59,322 nucleotides of DNA from a virus (lineage: Duplodnaviria > Caudoviricetes), in IMG/VR virus record IMGVR_UViG_3300028197_000779, positions 1 through 59,322 of that record; one strand, given 5' to 3'. The notes below the pieces were generated by a model. That model made no database searches. It was not told where the DNA came from and saw nothing but the letters and a program-made list of their open reading frames with translations. Positions 49,000-57,768 of this stretch are shown here, one piece after another (position 1 is the first letter of the stretch; the number at the start of each line of letters is the position of its first letter). Made by a program: the position numbers and the translations under genes.

Positions 49000-49176
49000 T
49001 CAGATTTCATAATCTTTAATCAATCGTTCCACTTGTTTCTTATCACTACCACAAGGAGCATTTCTTAGACACCTAAGAATTAATTCATTATCACTGATAG
49101 AAGGTTTGATTGTAAACCCCCATCGATCAACTTCACCTTCTGTAGGTGCTTCGACGTAATCAAATTCACTCGGCAT
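49000..49176 (-). CDS. Hypothetical protein
   Basis: MPSEFDY...WGFTIKP. Confidence 0.65.
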   Translation of the reverse strand: MPSEFDYVEAPTEGEVDRWGFTIKPSISDNELILRCLRNAPCGSDKKQVERLIKDYEI

Positions 49177-49339
49177 TATTATAATATGCGATAGTTGCAT
49201 GGAACTTATCTATGGGATCAATTGTCTCTCCCAATGCACTCCGTATTCTTACCTTCACTTCTTCATTACTAATCTCTTTCAAGATCTGTCGTAGTTCATC
49301 ATCATCAAACTTGACGTAATAGTTATCACGATGCTTCAT
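49166..49339 (-). CDS. Hypothetical protein (57 aa, absent from ORF track)
   Basis: MKHRDNYYVKFDDDELRQIL...; GGAG RBS; ATGA overlap. Confidence 0.65.
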   Translation of the reverse strand: MKHRDNYYVKFDDDELRQILKEISNEEVKVRIRSALGETIDPIDKFHATIAYYNNAE

Positions 49340-49503
49340 GATTTCTCCCTCTCATCAAGTGCTTCATTTATAATCTGCTTCAACTCCATACGTTCTTGTG
49401 GTGTGAAAATTGTACGATGCTTCACAGGCATAGGAGCATAACTACTTGGTTTCTTTGATTTACCAGGAAGACTCATGCCCTGTGTGTCGATCTTATCTCT
49501 CAT
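49336..49503 (-). CDS. Hypothetical protein
   Basis: MRDKIDTQGMS; ATGA overlap with purM stop. Confidence 0.65.
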   Translation of the reverse strand: MRDKIDTQGMSLPGKSKKPSSYAPMPVKHRTIFTPQERMELKQIINEALDEREKS

Positions 49504-50429
49504 TCTACTTCTCCAATAACCCAAGACCGCATACCAAAAGGAGTATCAGCAATCAAATTTTGAGTTAGTGTTACTACCTCTTGTGGTACAACTAAACAAA
49601 ATCCAATACCAAGATTGAATACATTCTTCATCTCCTCCTCAGAAATGTCTCCTGCCTTCTGGATCTTATTAAAGAGTTCTGGTCTCTCCCATGCTCCATA
49701 ATCTACATCAACTGTAAGACCCATTGGAAGGCATCGTGGGAGGTTCTCAGGTAGTCCTCCGCCCGTGATGTGTGCCATACCTAAGATAGGAATCTCATCT
49801 AATAGGTACTGAATTAGACGAGCATAGATGGTGGTTGGTCTCAGCAGTTCTGGCATCTCCTTGTAGTAAATATAATTTCTCCATAACATATCATTGATAA
49901 GAGTATATCCATTACTATGAAGTCCACTGCTCTCAATACCAATGACTACGTCACCTGCTCGGATACTACTACCATTAACAATGTCATTCTTCTCTACAAT
50001 ACCAGTACAGAAACCAGCAAGGTCATAGTCATTTGTTCTAAAATGCTCGGCAGTTTCTCCACCAATCAGTTCCATTCCTGCCATTGTACAACCAACATTG
50101 ATACCATATACAATGTCACTGACATTAGCATCAATTGTTTTGGCAGAGATATAATCTAGAAAATATAATGGTTTAGCACCAGAACATATAACATCATTGA
50201 CGCACATAGCAACAAGATCTTGCCCAATAGTGGTGTAATCATTAGCAATTCTACAGATATTCATTTTAGTACCAACACCATCAGCACCAGATATTAATAC
50301 AGGTTTGTCATATCCTGATGGGACCTCCATCATTCCACTGAAACCACCAATCTTAGGTGATAATACCTTGAGATACTCTACAAAGGAACGTCCTTTGATA
50401 ATATCAACGCCAGAAGTTTTATAGTCCAT
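49500..50429 (-). CDS. purM: Phosphoribosylaminoimidazole (AIR) synthetase
   Basis: DGVGTK; DLVAMCVND; GGETAE; SSGLHSNGY; HITGGG; FNLGIG. Confidence 0.95.
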   Translation of the reverse strand: MDYKTSGVDIIKGRSFVEYLKVLSPKIGGFSGMMEVPSGYDKPVLISGADGVGTKMNICRIANDYTTIGQDLVAMCVNDVICSGAKPLYFLDYISAKTIDANVSDIVYGINVGCTMAGMELIGGETAEHFRTNDYDLAGFCTGIVEKNDIVNGSSIRAGDVVIGIESSGLHSNGYTLINDMLWRNYIYYKEMPELLRPTTIYARLIQYLLDEIPILGMAHITGGGLPENLPRCLPMGLTVDVDYGAWERPELFNKIQKAGDISEEEMKNVFNLGIGFCLVVPQEVVTLTQNLIADTPFGMRSWVIGEVE

Positions 50430-50698
50430 TAGTGAATTTCTCCTTTTGCAATTTGTTCACGACGTTTTAGTTTCCATACTATGTAATCCATTGTTGGGAT
50501 ACACATAGGATTCCAACCAACAAATGTTGTGGATTCCTTACTTGGGATCTTCCAACAGGGAGCATCATCATTGTCAAGGTCTAGTGATTCACGGTATGCA
50601 TCATCACCATACATAACAACTGCTCTCTCTGCTTCATTCAAACTCTTGAAACAGTCAAAGCAGTTCTTTCTAATCTCCTCGGGGATTTCTTGTTTCAT
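50429..50698 (-). CDS. Hypothetical protein, copy B of duplicated gene
   Basis: 89 aa from MKQEIP. Confidence 0.8.
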   Translation of the reverse strand: MKQEIPEEIRKNCFDCFKSLNEAERAVVMYGDDAYRESLDLDNDDAPCWKIPSKESTTFVGWNPMCIPTMDYIVWKLKRREQIAKGEIH

Positions 50699-50916
50699 TT
50701 CACAACAACTTCCCAAGCTTTCTCAAATTTATCATCCCAATTTTCAGTATAAACTGGAAGGAAAGAATTTAGTGCATAGCAAATGTCAACAATTTTCATT
50801 TGATTTTGTTCATCTACAGCTTCTTGTAGTTGATCAAGAAGAAATGAGAATGTATTAATCTGATTGAATGACTCTTGAAGGTCATTCATTACTGTCCAGG
50901 TTTTGTTATCTGTCAT
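50695..50916 (-). CDS. Hypothetical protein
   Basis: 73-aa helical ORF; ATGA overlaps. Confidence 0.7.
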   Translation of the reverse strand: MTDNKTWTVMNDLQESFNQINTFSFLLDQLQEAVDEQNQMKIVDICYALNSFLPVYTENWDDKFEKAWEVVVK

Positions 50917-51167
50917 TGGATTGCAAACGCAGCTGCTGAATAATAATAATCAAACATAGCATATCCTTTACACTTTGCAAGTGACATATTATCAATGCGT
51001 TCTACAAGAGTATGATGTGATGGTGGATTACTATTAGGATCAGAAAAATACCTATAGAAAGAACTACCACTAGGAGGCACTTCTCTTTTCAAGTTTTCTT
51101 TTAACTCCATCATTGCATAGGCATTTTTATAGTTTTCTAATGCTTGATAAAAGTTTTGCATGGTCAT
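50913..51167 (-). CDS. Hypothetical protein
   Basis: 84 aa; ATGA overlaps. Confidence 0.6.
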   Translation of the reverse strand: MTMQNFYQALENYKNAYAMMELKENLKREVPPSGSSFYRYFSDPNSNPPSHHTLVERIDNMSLAKCKGYAMFDYYYSAAAFAIQ

Positions 51168-51862
51168 TGAATAGCAAGTGGTTGTAGTCGGTCAAGGATC
51201 TCACGATAGGCAGGAACAATATCACCCTCATCCTTCCTGAATAGATCCTTATCAAATCTTTCATCACTACCAATCTTCCAGAGTCTCATACTATCAGGAC
51301 TGATCTCATCTGCAAGATATAAATCACCGTGAGCATCATAACCATACTCAACCTTAAAATCTACAAGATCAATACCCAAGATATAAAACATCTGACGGAG
51401 GTAATCATTAATACGCAATGTCATCTCAATGAAAGGTTCTGGATCATATCCCATTAGTTTTACACGATCCTTTGTAAGTAGAGGATCATGCTTGCTATCA
51501 TCCTTCAGAAAGAATTCAACAATTGGATGGGGTAGTGAGTAACCTTCTTGCAGAGTTGTCTCACGAACAATAGATCCAGCAGCACGATTTCTACAAATAA
51601 CTTCCAGAGGAACGATCTCTACCTTCTTACAGACCATCTTGTTAGCACCAACCATATTAATATAATGTGTTGGGATATGTTCTTTGGAAAGTTTTTCAAA
51701 GATGATTGATGAGATACTACAACAGAGAGATCCTTTTCCTAAAGGATGATCTTCTTTCTCTCCGTTACCAGCAGTGACCTTATCGTGATACTCAATAATA
51801 ACCTGTTGTGCATCATCACCCAGATAAACAGTTTTAACCTTGCCTTCTATAATTACTTCCAT
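51164..51862 (-). CDS. purC: SAICAR synthetase
   Basis: EGKVK; IPTHY; PLEVICRN.AAGS; LVDFKVEYG; LADEISPDS.RLW; DKD.FR. Confidence 0.95.
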   Translation of the reverse strand: MEVIIEGKVKTVYLGDDAQQVIIEYHDKVTAGNGEKEDHPLGKGSLCCSISSIIFEKLSKEHIPTHYINMVGANKMVCKKVEIVPLEVICRNRAAGSIVRETTLQEGYSLPHPIVEFFLKDDSKHDPLLTKDRVKLMGYDPEPFIEMTLRINDYLRQMFYILGIDLVDFKVEYGYDAHGDLYLADEISPDSMRLWKIGSDERFDKDLFRKDEGDIVPAYREILDRLQPLAIQ

Positions 51863-51887
51863 TAAAAAGAGGGTGTTTAACCCCCAT

Positions 51888-51916
51888 AGTATACCATTCT
51901 TCAGTTTGTTTGTAAA
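51888..51916 (-). promoter_or_regulatory. Sigma70-like promoter for the purC operon
   Basis: TTTACA-17-TATACT with TG extension. Confidence 0.75.
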
Positions 51917-51925
51917 GGATATTTT

Positions 51926-52240
51926 CTAGTCTCTCTGACGCCAATCATCTGGTTTATCTCTTTGAAACCAGTCTACAATTTCATCAGCATCACCAAACCC
52001 CGTTTTGTAATTGGATGGATCGGGGTCTCCTAAACCCATCCTATTCATAAAATCATCTATACTGCCTTCTTCAATATCTTGCGATGCCTGACGACGTGCT
52101 TTATTCAACCAATCTCTAGCAAGAGTATGTGCTTTAGCAAGTTTTTCTGCCCAGATCATATCATCTAAAGGAACTTCTTGATTGTTTGCAATACAACGAC
52201 AAATAGATTCAAGACGAAGGCGATACGCAGTAGATAACAT
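51926..52240 (-). CDS. Hypothetical protein
   Basis: MLST.YRLRL..IC; GLGDPDP; DWRQRD. Confidence 0.75.
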   Translation of the reverse strand: MLSTAYRLRLESICRCIANNQEVPLDDMIWAEKLAKAHTLARDWLNKARRQASQDIEEGSIDDFMNRMGLGDPDPSNYKTGFGDADEIVDWFQRDKPDDWRQRD

Positions 52241-52244
52241 AAAT

Positions 52245-52487
52245 TTATGTCTCTTTATTTTTATTTATTTCTACCATCAATTTTTTAGCAATTTGCAAAG
52301 AACGACGGTGTATCATATATTTTACCACAGGATTGCGTGGATTGTTAGTCAACCACCACCAATAGCGTTTTATTTCAGTATTTGCTAACTTTGACCCATA
52401 CACAAAAATAGCAGCAGCACGTTCATCGGTTATGATGATATATGCAACTACCACAAACATCCCCAAAAGGATTATGTATGAGTGCAT
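52245..52487 (-). CDS. Small membrane protein
   Basis: N-terminal hydrophobic helix. Confidence 0.7.
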   Translation of the reverse strand: MHSYIILLGMFVVVAYIIITDERAAAIFVYGSKLANTEIKRYWWWLTNNPRNPVVKYMIHRRSLQIAKKLMVEINKNKET

Positions 52488-52666
52488 TAGTTAAACTCCT
52501 CATTCCTACGATTATCGATATATGAGATAATTTCAGTTCTCCACTCCATCAATTCATGAAAACACTCTTGATTGTGAGCACATTCACGAAGTTGATGATC
52601 TGGTTTTAGAACACTCTCATAAAATAAACCTAGAGCATCGCGTCGTTTTTGCTGTTTATCGGTCAT
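52487..52666 (-). CDS. Hypothetical protein (59 aa, absent from ORF track)
   Basis: MTDKQQKRRDALGLFYESVLKPD...; overlaps both neighbours. Confidence 0.7.
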   Translation of the reverse strand: MTDKQQKRRDALGLFYESVLKPDHQLRECAHNQECFHELMEWRTEIISYIDNRRNEEFN

Positions 52667-52893
52667 TTTTGTGACTTCTTTTTAAGAGTTTTCCGTTGGT
52701 TGTTGATAAAATCAACAGATTGCTTATAGGTATTCAATACCTTTACCTGACACCCATTATGTATAATCATGAATTTCTTACCAAATGGAACGGCAGCCCA
52801 CATTCCATCATTAGTCACATAACCCAACGGATCTTTTGGTTTTGGATTAAGGACTCCAGGACGAGAAACAAAAGGTTTAAGAAATCCCATCAA
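52663..52893 (-). CDS. Hypothetical protein
   Basis: GYVTNDGMWAAVP. Confidence 0.7.
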   Translation of the reverse strand: MMGFLKPFVSRPGVLNPKPKDPLGYVTNDGMWAAVPFGKKFMIIHNGCQVKVLNTYKQSVDFINNQRKTLKKKSQK

Positions 52894-53030
52894 AAAACAG
52901 CAGTAACACTAACAACTTTAGCGTTAGGATTACGTGCTAGAGCAACTTGCTTTGCCTCTTGATAATCACGAGCACGAACTTGCTCAGTGAAAACTTGACC
53001 TGCAACGTAAAGTTTGACTTCGCATTTCAT
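52890..53030 (-). CDS. Small early protein (46 aa, absent from ORF track)
   Basis: MKCEVKLYVAGQVF...ALARNPNAKVV; AAGG RBS. Confidence 0.75.
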   Translation of the reverse strand: MKCEVKLYVAGQVFTEQVRARDYQEAKQVALARNPNAKVVSVTAVF

Positions 53031-53056
53031 GGTGGTGTTCCCTTGATTACTTTAAT

Positions 53057-53117
53057 ATTATAGCAGAGTGGAGCAGGGTTTCTGCTCCCAGTGTGACAGT
53101 TCTACTTCCGCACCACT
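53057..53117 (-). promoter_or_regulatory. Early promoter: extended -10, hairpin over -35, upstream motif
   Basis: TGCTATAAT; GGAGCAG-N5-CTGCTCC; GAACTGTCACAC. Confidence 0.7.
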
Positions 53118-54280
53118 GAGATAGCAGGTTCTCCCTGCTGGAATACGGTATCTACAACCGCTTGAACGCTCTTGGCAGTGCCTATGCCCACCTTATCAAA
53201 CACTGGCACACATACCAATCCGAACGTCTTCTCAGCGCCACCCAGGCGGATTACACGCCCAATGCTCTGGGAAATACCGATATAATCCATGTTCCGCATG
53301 AACAGAACTGCCTCCAGTCCCTTTACGTTGATGCCTTCAGAAAGAATACTATGGTGCATCACAACAAACTTACGATTCTCTTCTGTGCCCCACTGATTAA
53401 GAGTCTTGAAGAATACTTCGCGGGATACTTTCTTACCGTCGATGATAGCACCAGTTTTGCTAGTGATAAACATCCAGTGATAACCACGTTCATACAATTC
53501 TTTGCAGAAGTCAGATTGAGTAACAAGACGGACAATCTGCTTTGTGGAACGTGCAGCAATCAGAACCTTGCCGATCTCGTTATCATCAATGGTATCAAGC
53601 AGATTCTTCTCATCAGACTGCTTGAAATCACCCTGAGGTAGTTGCTGAACCACAACTTTGGGGGGCAGGATGTAACCTTCCTTGACTAGTTGTGGTGCAG
53701 GAACATTACAAATGACCTGACCATAAACCTCAGGATCATTCATTCCTGGTTTGAATACAGTCAGCGAATGTTTTGGGGTTGCAGTAAAGAAATAGCAACG
53801 ATCAGCATCGTTAGAAAAGAATTCAGTAGGAGGGAAAAAGTTACGTTGAACTGAGTTATGTGCCTCATCAAAGTAAATTGTATTTACTTCAATGTCTGCC
53901 TCTTGAATGCGATGCAGAGAATGATATGTGGTGAAGATAATAACATTCTCACCAGCAGTTCTTGCAGTGTTGTTGAACAGTGCAATCTTCTCTGGTTTGG
54001 TGCTACTGAAATACTCAATCTCACCACTATGAACGTGCATCACATGGGTGTGAGTGGTGTCAATAATATCAAGAAACTCTTTGCAGAGTTGTTCAGCAAG
54101 AAGAATACGGGGGGCAACAACAACAAAAGTCTGACCGCGATCAATCAATTCCATGTTAGTCATGGCATCTTCGATCATGCAAATGGTCTTACCACCACCT
54201 GTAGGGATGATCACCTGACCTCTGCTGTTGTCCCACATTGCATTAACTGCCTTTTTCTGGTGGGGGCGAAGGGTGATCAA
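53102..54280 (-). CDS. SF2 DEAD/DEAH helicase, copy 2
   Basis: Same motifs as copy 1; TTG start. Confidence 0.9.
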   Translation of the reverse strand: MITLRPHQKKAVNAMWDNSRGQVIIPTGGGKTICMIEDAMTNMELIDRGQTFVVVAPRILLAEQLCKEFLDIIDTTHTHVMHVHSGEIEYFSSTKPEKIALFNNTARTAGENVIIFTTYHSLHRIQEADIEVNTIYFDEAHNSVQRNFFPPTEFFSNDADRCYFFTATPKHSLTVFKPGMNDPEVYGQVICNVPAPQLVKEGYILPPKVVVQQLPQGDFKQSDEKNLLDTIDDNEIGKVLIAARSTKQIVRLVTQSDFCKELYERGYHWMFITSKTGAIIDGKKVSREVFFKTLNQWGTEENRKFVVMHHSILSEGINVKGLEAVLFMRNMDYIGISQSIGRVIRLGGAEKTFGLVCVPVFDKVGIGTAKSVQAVVDTVFQQGEPAISVVRK

Positions 54281-54305
54281 ATGCTCTCCTGTCCTGTATG
54301 AACAT

Positions 54306-54365
54306 ATTATAGCAGAAAGGGATCCCCAAAGGAACCCCCTGTGCCACTAAAAGAACTGTTCTACA
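54306..54365 (-). promoter_or_regulatory. Early promoter: extended -10, hairpin, upstream motif
   Basis: TGCTATAAT; GGGGGTTCC-TTTG-GGGATCCC; GAACAGTT..AGTGGCAC. Confidence 0.7.
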
Positions 54366-54757
54366 CCAACTGGTTCCCCGAAACTATAATCATATGTAAG
54401 AGCATCATGACACACATAATGTGGGTGATCAGTAGGAACACCAACTCTCTCACATAATTCTTTATGATTATCTTCCATTAACTCAACAGCATATACCATA
54501 TTACCAATAACATATTGACGATCATGATATTCTGAGAGTTTATCAATCAAAGCAACAATAAAGTTTCCAGAACCAGCAGAGTTGTCAAGGAAGGTTGAAG
54601 TAGGATCCTTTAATTTCTCTTCTGAAATCTCATTAACCATCTCATTACAAAGTTCTGTAGGAGTGAAAACTTCTTGTGTTTCAGCAATACGCTCATCAGA
54701 TCTTTCAATCTTAGATCCAACATCTTGATTATGTTTATTCTTACTCACCTTTACCAT
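54347..54757 (-). CDS. Adenine MTase SAM-binding half
   Basis: EVFTP (motif X); FLDNSAGSGNF (motif I); YAVEL; no NPPY. Confidence 0.75.
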   Translation of the reverse strand: MVKVSKNKHNQDVGSKIERSDERIAETQEVFTPTELCNEMVNEISEEKLKDPTSTFLDNSAGSGNFIVALIDKLSEYHDRQYVIGNMVYAVELMEDNHKELCERVGVPTDHPHYVCHDALTYDYSFGEPVGVEQFF

Positions 54758-55487
54758 CCAAACACTTTATATAAGTTGAAATAAGATCATTCTTACCAAA
54801 ATGATATCTACCATTGCATTGGTTTGCAACTTCTCTAAACTTAGGAGCAAATTCAAGAAAGTTATCAATTACTTGAGGATTATTTACTTTGATAAAATGA
54901 TGTCCCTTTGCATAGTGAGTGAAGTCTTCCGTTTTTACTCTACCACTAGGTCCACAACCATACTCACCAATGAAAACATCAGCATCAAATCGATTCTCAT
55001 ATGAAAGGAACTCAAAATCTGGATGAATTGTGTGCATGAAAATCTTTTCACGCTTCTCTTTTCTTACAACCCAACGTTGTTTTACAGCACTAATACCACC
55101 AGGGAAAGTAGCTGGATCGAGATCTTGATCACCAACACAATGTAAGTTTGGTGAAATCTTATTCAGTGAAGATGGTTTACGAACAGAAGTTGGCAACACA
55201 AACCGAATATCATCAGTGAGTTTTGAAGTTTTATTCAGAAACTTGATTGCTAGATTTGCACCAACCCCATATGGTGGATTGCCGATTGACATTGTGAAAC
55301 GCATTTTTCGTTGAATAAGATAATCTAGATTTTCTGTTATAGTTATTTTAGCATGTTGTTGTTGAATTGCATAAGTGTGCGTAGAATTATCTTCCCAAAC
55401 CCAAATATTCTCTGGTTTCCACCCACTTTTCAAGGAAGCAAGAGTATGAACACCAGAAGGATCACCAACAATAAGGAGAGAGTTCAC
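54741..55487 (-). CDS. Adenine MTase catalytic/TRD half
   Basis: IGNPPY (motif IV); FVLP; motif I degenerate. Confidence 0.75.
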   Translation of the reverse strand: MNSLLIVGDPSGVHTLASLKSGWKPENIWVWEDNSTHTYAIQQQHAKITITENLDYLIQRKMRFTMSIGNPPYGVGANLAIKFLNKTSKLTDDIRFVLPTSVRKPSSLNKISPNLHCVGDQDLDPATFPGGISAVKQRWVVRKEKREKIFMHTIHPDFEFLSYENRFDADVFIGEYGCGPSGRVKTEDFTHYAKGHHFIKVNNPQVIDNFLEFAPKFREVANQCNGRYHFGKNDLISTYIKCLDGKGE

Positions 55488-57610
55488 AGGGAGATGTCCA
55501 ACAGAGATTTTACCAATTCTAAAGGCATTGACTTCTGATTCTGACGAGAGCAGGACAGTTTCTCAAGTGTCTTGCACTCATCTTCTTTCATAGAGTGCTG
55601 AATATCGACGACTGCCTGGTTGATACGATAAGAGAAGGACTTTGCATCGATCACACCTTCATGAACCAGTTCAGCAATAATCCCCTCCGAATCAAGAGTA
55701 TTGTGAATGTAGTGCTCAGAATTAATGACCTTGTCAATACTGTTTGGGACTGAATCGCTCTTGATGCAGTGATACACAGTTAGTGGAACTCGCTCCAGGA
55801 TAGAACGAATCGTCTCTTTTTTAGCAAGAAGTTCAGAATTATCTTGTTTTTCAGATGCTTCACCTTCACTCTTAAGATTGCTCTTACCGTTGGCACCGTT
55901 ATCATTTACGTCACGCTTATCAACCTTTTTCTTCTCTGTGGAAAAAAGATTAAGGTTGAACTGACAGTGAGAGAGTTTTTCATAATCTATGCCACGGATA
56001 GTGCCCGAGACCATCGAGATTGTATTGGAAACATCAGAAGCAAAAATTGCTGCGATCTGATCCTGAGAAATAGACTCAAATCCATTAGACCACTCGGTGA
56101 TCGAGACGAAATCTAACATAGTGAACTCAGATATCTGAGGAGCGTTATCACAAGCAGCAATAAATGCCTCGCGGAGAGAGTTCAAACAGCGTTGAGGGCA
56201 GAAATCAATCACATCCCAATCATGCTCAGAAGACCCACCACGGAAGGCAAACTGAGTCCAGAAGTTGAGTGATTCACCTTCGGTTGCATTGATGACAGTA
56301 TCAATCTCACGTACCGTAACACCAAGAACATTTGCAGAGACCGTCAGAATAATCGAATACTCATTTTCTGCGACGTGCTTTCTGATGCTATCAGGATCTT
56401 TCTTTGCATCGCCAGTAACAACTAGAGGAGAGAACTTGGTTTTTTCTAGGTACTTCACAGAAGCATAACATGCTGCTACCGAAGGCAGTGCCATGTAAAT
56501 GTGAAACTTACCATTAAGCAGACGATCTTTAGGTTTCAGAAACTTTTGATCACCAAAATAGGTTGCATAAAAGTCTTGAACCAAGGAAGGTTCCATGAAA
56601 TCAGTCTTATCCTCATTTATAGAAAAGAGGTTCTTCATTGCATCAGGATCATCCCCATAGAGTTTCTGATAAGAATCAGTATCATATTTGGCAAGAATAA
56701 CTCTCATAGAAGGAGCATTATTCAGACCTTGTTTCTTATTCAATTGCTCTTCAAAATAAGAGTAAGTATAAGAATTAGACTCGGAGAAATCCCAGATCAT
56801 ATCAAAAGCAGTGCCAGTTACATACAGAACCTGGCAATCAAACTTCTTATGAAGATTCTTGAATTGAGTTGAATTATAACCATGGTGTGCTTCATCATAG
56901 ACGATTAAATCTACATCACATGGAATCTTGTTCCAGCGATTGTTACCCTGAACCGTGGTCCACAAGACCAGTTGTTTGTCAGTATTGTACCAATATTCAA
57001 TGTCTTCCAGATAGTTTTTATCTGCAAGATCAATGAATACGAGATCATTGTACTCTGAAAAGTCTTTGCTATCATCCTTCCAAGATTGAATAGGAGAAGT
57101 GTAGCGAGAAACAATCAGACTAACTTTGACACCTTTACGTGCAATTGCTGACAAAACCATGATGGATTTACCAGCACGGCACTTAGCAAATAAAAGAAAC
57201 TCTTTCCATTCTTCCCAACTAGAAAGAACTTTATTGACAAACTCTTGCTGATGTTTTTCGAGAGTCAGACGTTTCTTGGTCTTGGGAGTCTCAGGAAAAA
57301 ATTCTTTTTCAATACGATTAGCAAGAATATCAAGATCTACCTTATGAGAAAACCATTCAGCAGACTTTTGAATTGTAGGTTGTATCTTCAACCAATCATG
57401 AACCCAAGTATCTAAAACAGGAACACCTTCCCACCAACCAATTAAAATTAGTTTTTCTCCCCTTGCTTTCAAATAATTATGAAACTTTGCCCAGTCACCG
57501 TCTTTATGTCGTTTTTCAAGAGGACGTTCGGTCATACCAAAACAGAAAACCTTGTAATCCTCTGAAGCAAGCATATAAAGATTTTTCTTGATCTTAAAAC
57601 CAGTCGTCAT
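55484..57610 (-). CDS. GIY-YIG/T5orf172-like nuclease-SF2 helicase (restriction-subunit-like)
   Basis: FGMTER..R...D..VH..L...EWF; AKCRAGKS; YDEAH; TGTA; QFAFR. Confidence 0.65.
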   Translation of the reverse strand: MTTGFKIKKNLYMLASEDYKVFCFGMTERPLEKRHKDGDWAKFHNYLKARGEKLILIGWWEGVPVLDTWVHDWLKIQPTIQKSAEWFSHKVDLDILANRIEKEFFPETPKTKKRLTLEKHQQEFVNKVLSSWEEWKEFLLFAKCRAGKSIMVLSAIARKGVKVSLIVSRYTSPIQSWKDDSKDFSEYNDLVFIDLADKNYLEDIEYWYNTDKQLVLWTTVQGNNRWNKIPCDVDLIVYDEAHHGYNSTQFKNLHKKFDCQVLYVTGTAFDMIWDFSESNSYTYSYFEEQLNKKQGLNNAPSMRVILAKYDTDSYQKLYGDDPDAMKNLFSINEDKTDFMEPSLVQDFYATYFGDQKFLKPKDRLLNGKFHIYMALPSVAACYASVKYLEKTKFSPLVVTGDAKKDPDSIRKHVAENEYSIILTVSANVLGVTVREIDTVINATEGESLNFWTQFAFRGGSSEHDWDVIDFCPQRCLNSLREAFIAACDNAPQISEFTMLDFVSITEWSNGFESISQDQIAAIFASDVSNTISMVSGTIRGIDYEKLSHCQFNLNLFSTEKKKVDKRDVNDNGANGKSNLKSEGEASEKQDNSELLAKKETIRSILERVPLTVYHCIKSDSVPNSIDKVINSEHYIHNTLDSEGIIAELVHEGVIDAKSFSYRINQAVVDIQHSMKEDECKTLEKLSCSRQNQKSMPLELVKSLLDISL

Positions 57611-57641
57611 GATGAGTATGCTAGGAACTCAGAATATGATT

Positions 57642-57700
57642 ATTATAGCAGAAAAGGGAACTCGTGAAAGTTCCCTCAACCACTTTAAGTATTGTCATAA
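57642..57700 (-). promoter_or_regulatory. Early promoter: extended -10, hairpin, upstream motif
   Basis: TGCTATAAT; AGGGAACT-N6-AGTTCCCT; TGACAATACTTAAAGTGG. Confidence 0.7.
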
Positions 57701-57733
57701 GGTCAAAGCTTTCTCTTCAACCTTAACAAAGGC

Positions 57734-57762
57734 ACTCTAGCAAAAGTAGGGCACCTTGTCAA
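57734..57762 (-). promoter_or_regulatory. Sigma70-like promoter
   Basis: TTGACA-17-TAGAGT with TG extension. Confidence 0.6.
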
Positions 57763-57768
57763 GCCATA

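Larger units (their letters stand above)
48314..50698. repeat. Direct repeat of ~250 bp (48314-48583 and 50429-50698) flanking purM
   Basis: Long identical DNA stretches such as CATCATCACCATACATAACAACTGCTCTCTCTGCTTCATTCAAACTCTT. Confidence 0.85.

Noticed and set aside
51864-51885. Attenuator or purine riboswitch before purC
   Set aside because: The hairpin's 5' arm overlaps the predicted TSS and there is no room for an aptamer; more likely a terminator for upstream RNA.
55484-55487. Programmed frameshift joining helicase to MTase
   Set aside because: No slippery heptamer; the GTGA overlap is explained by translational coupling.
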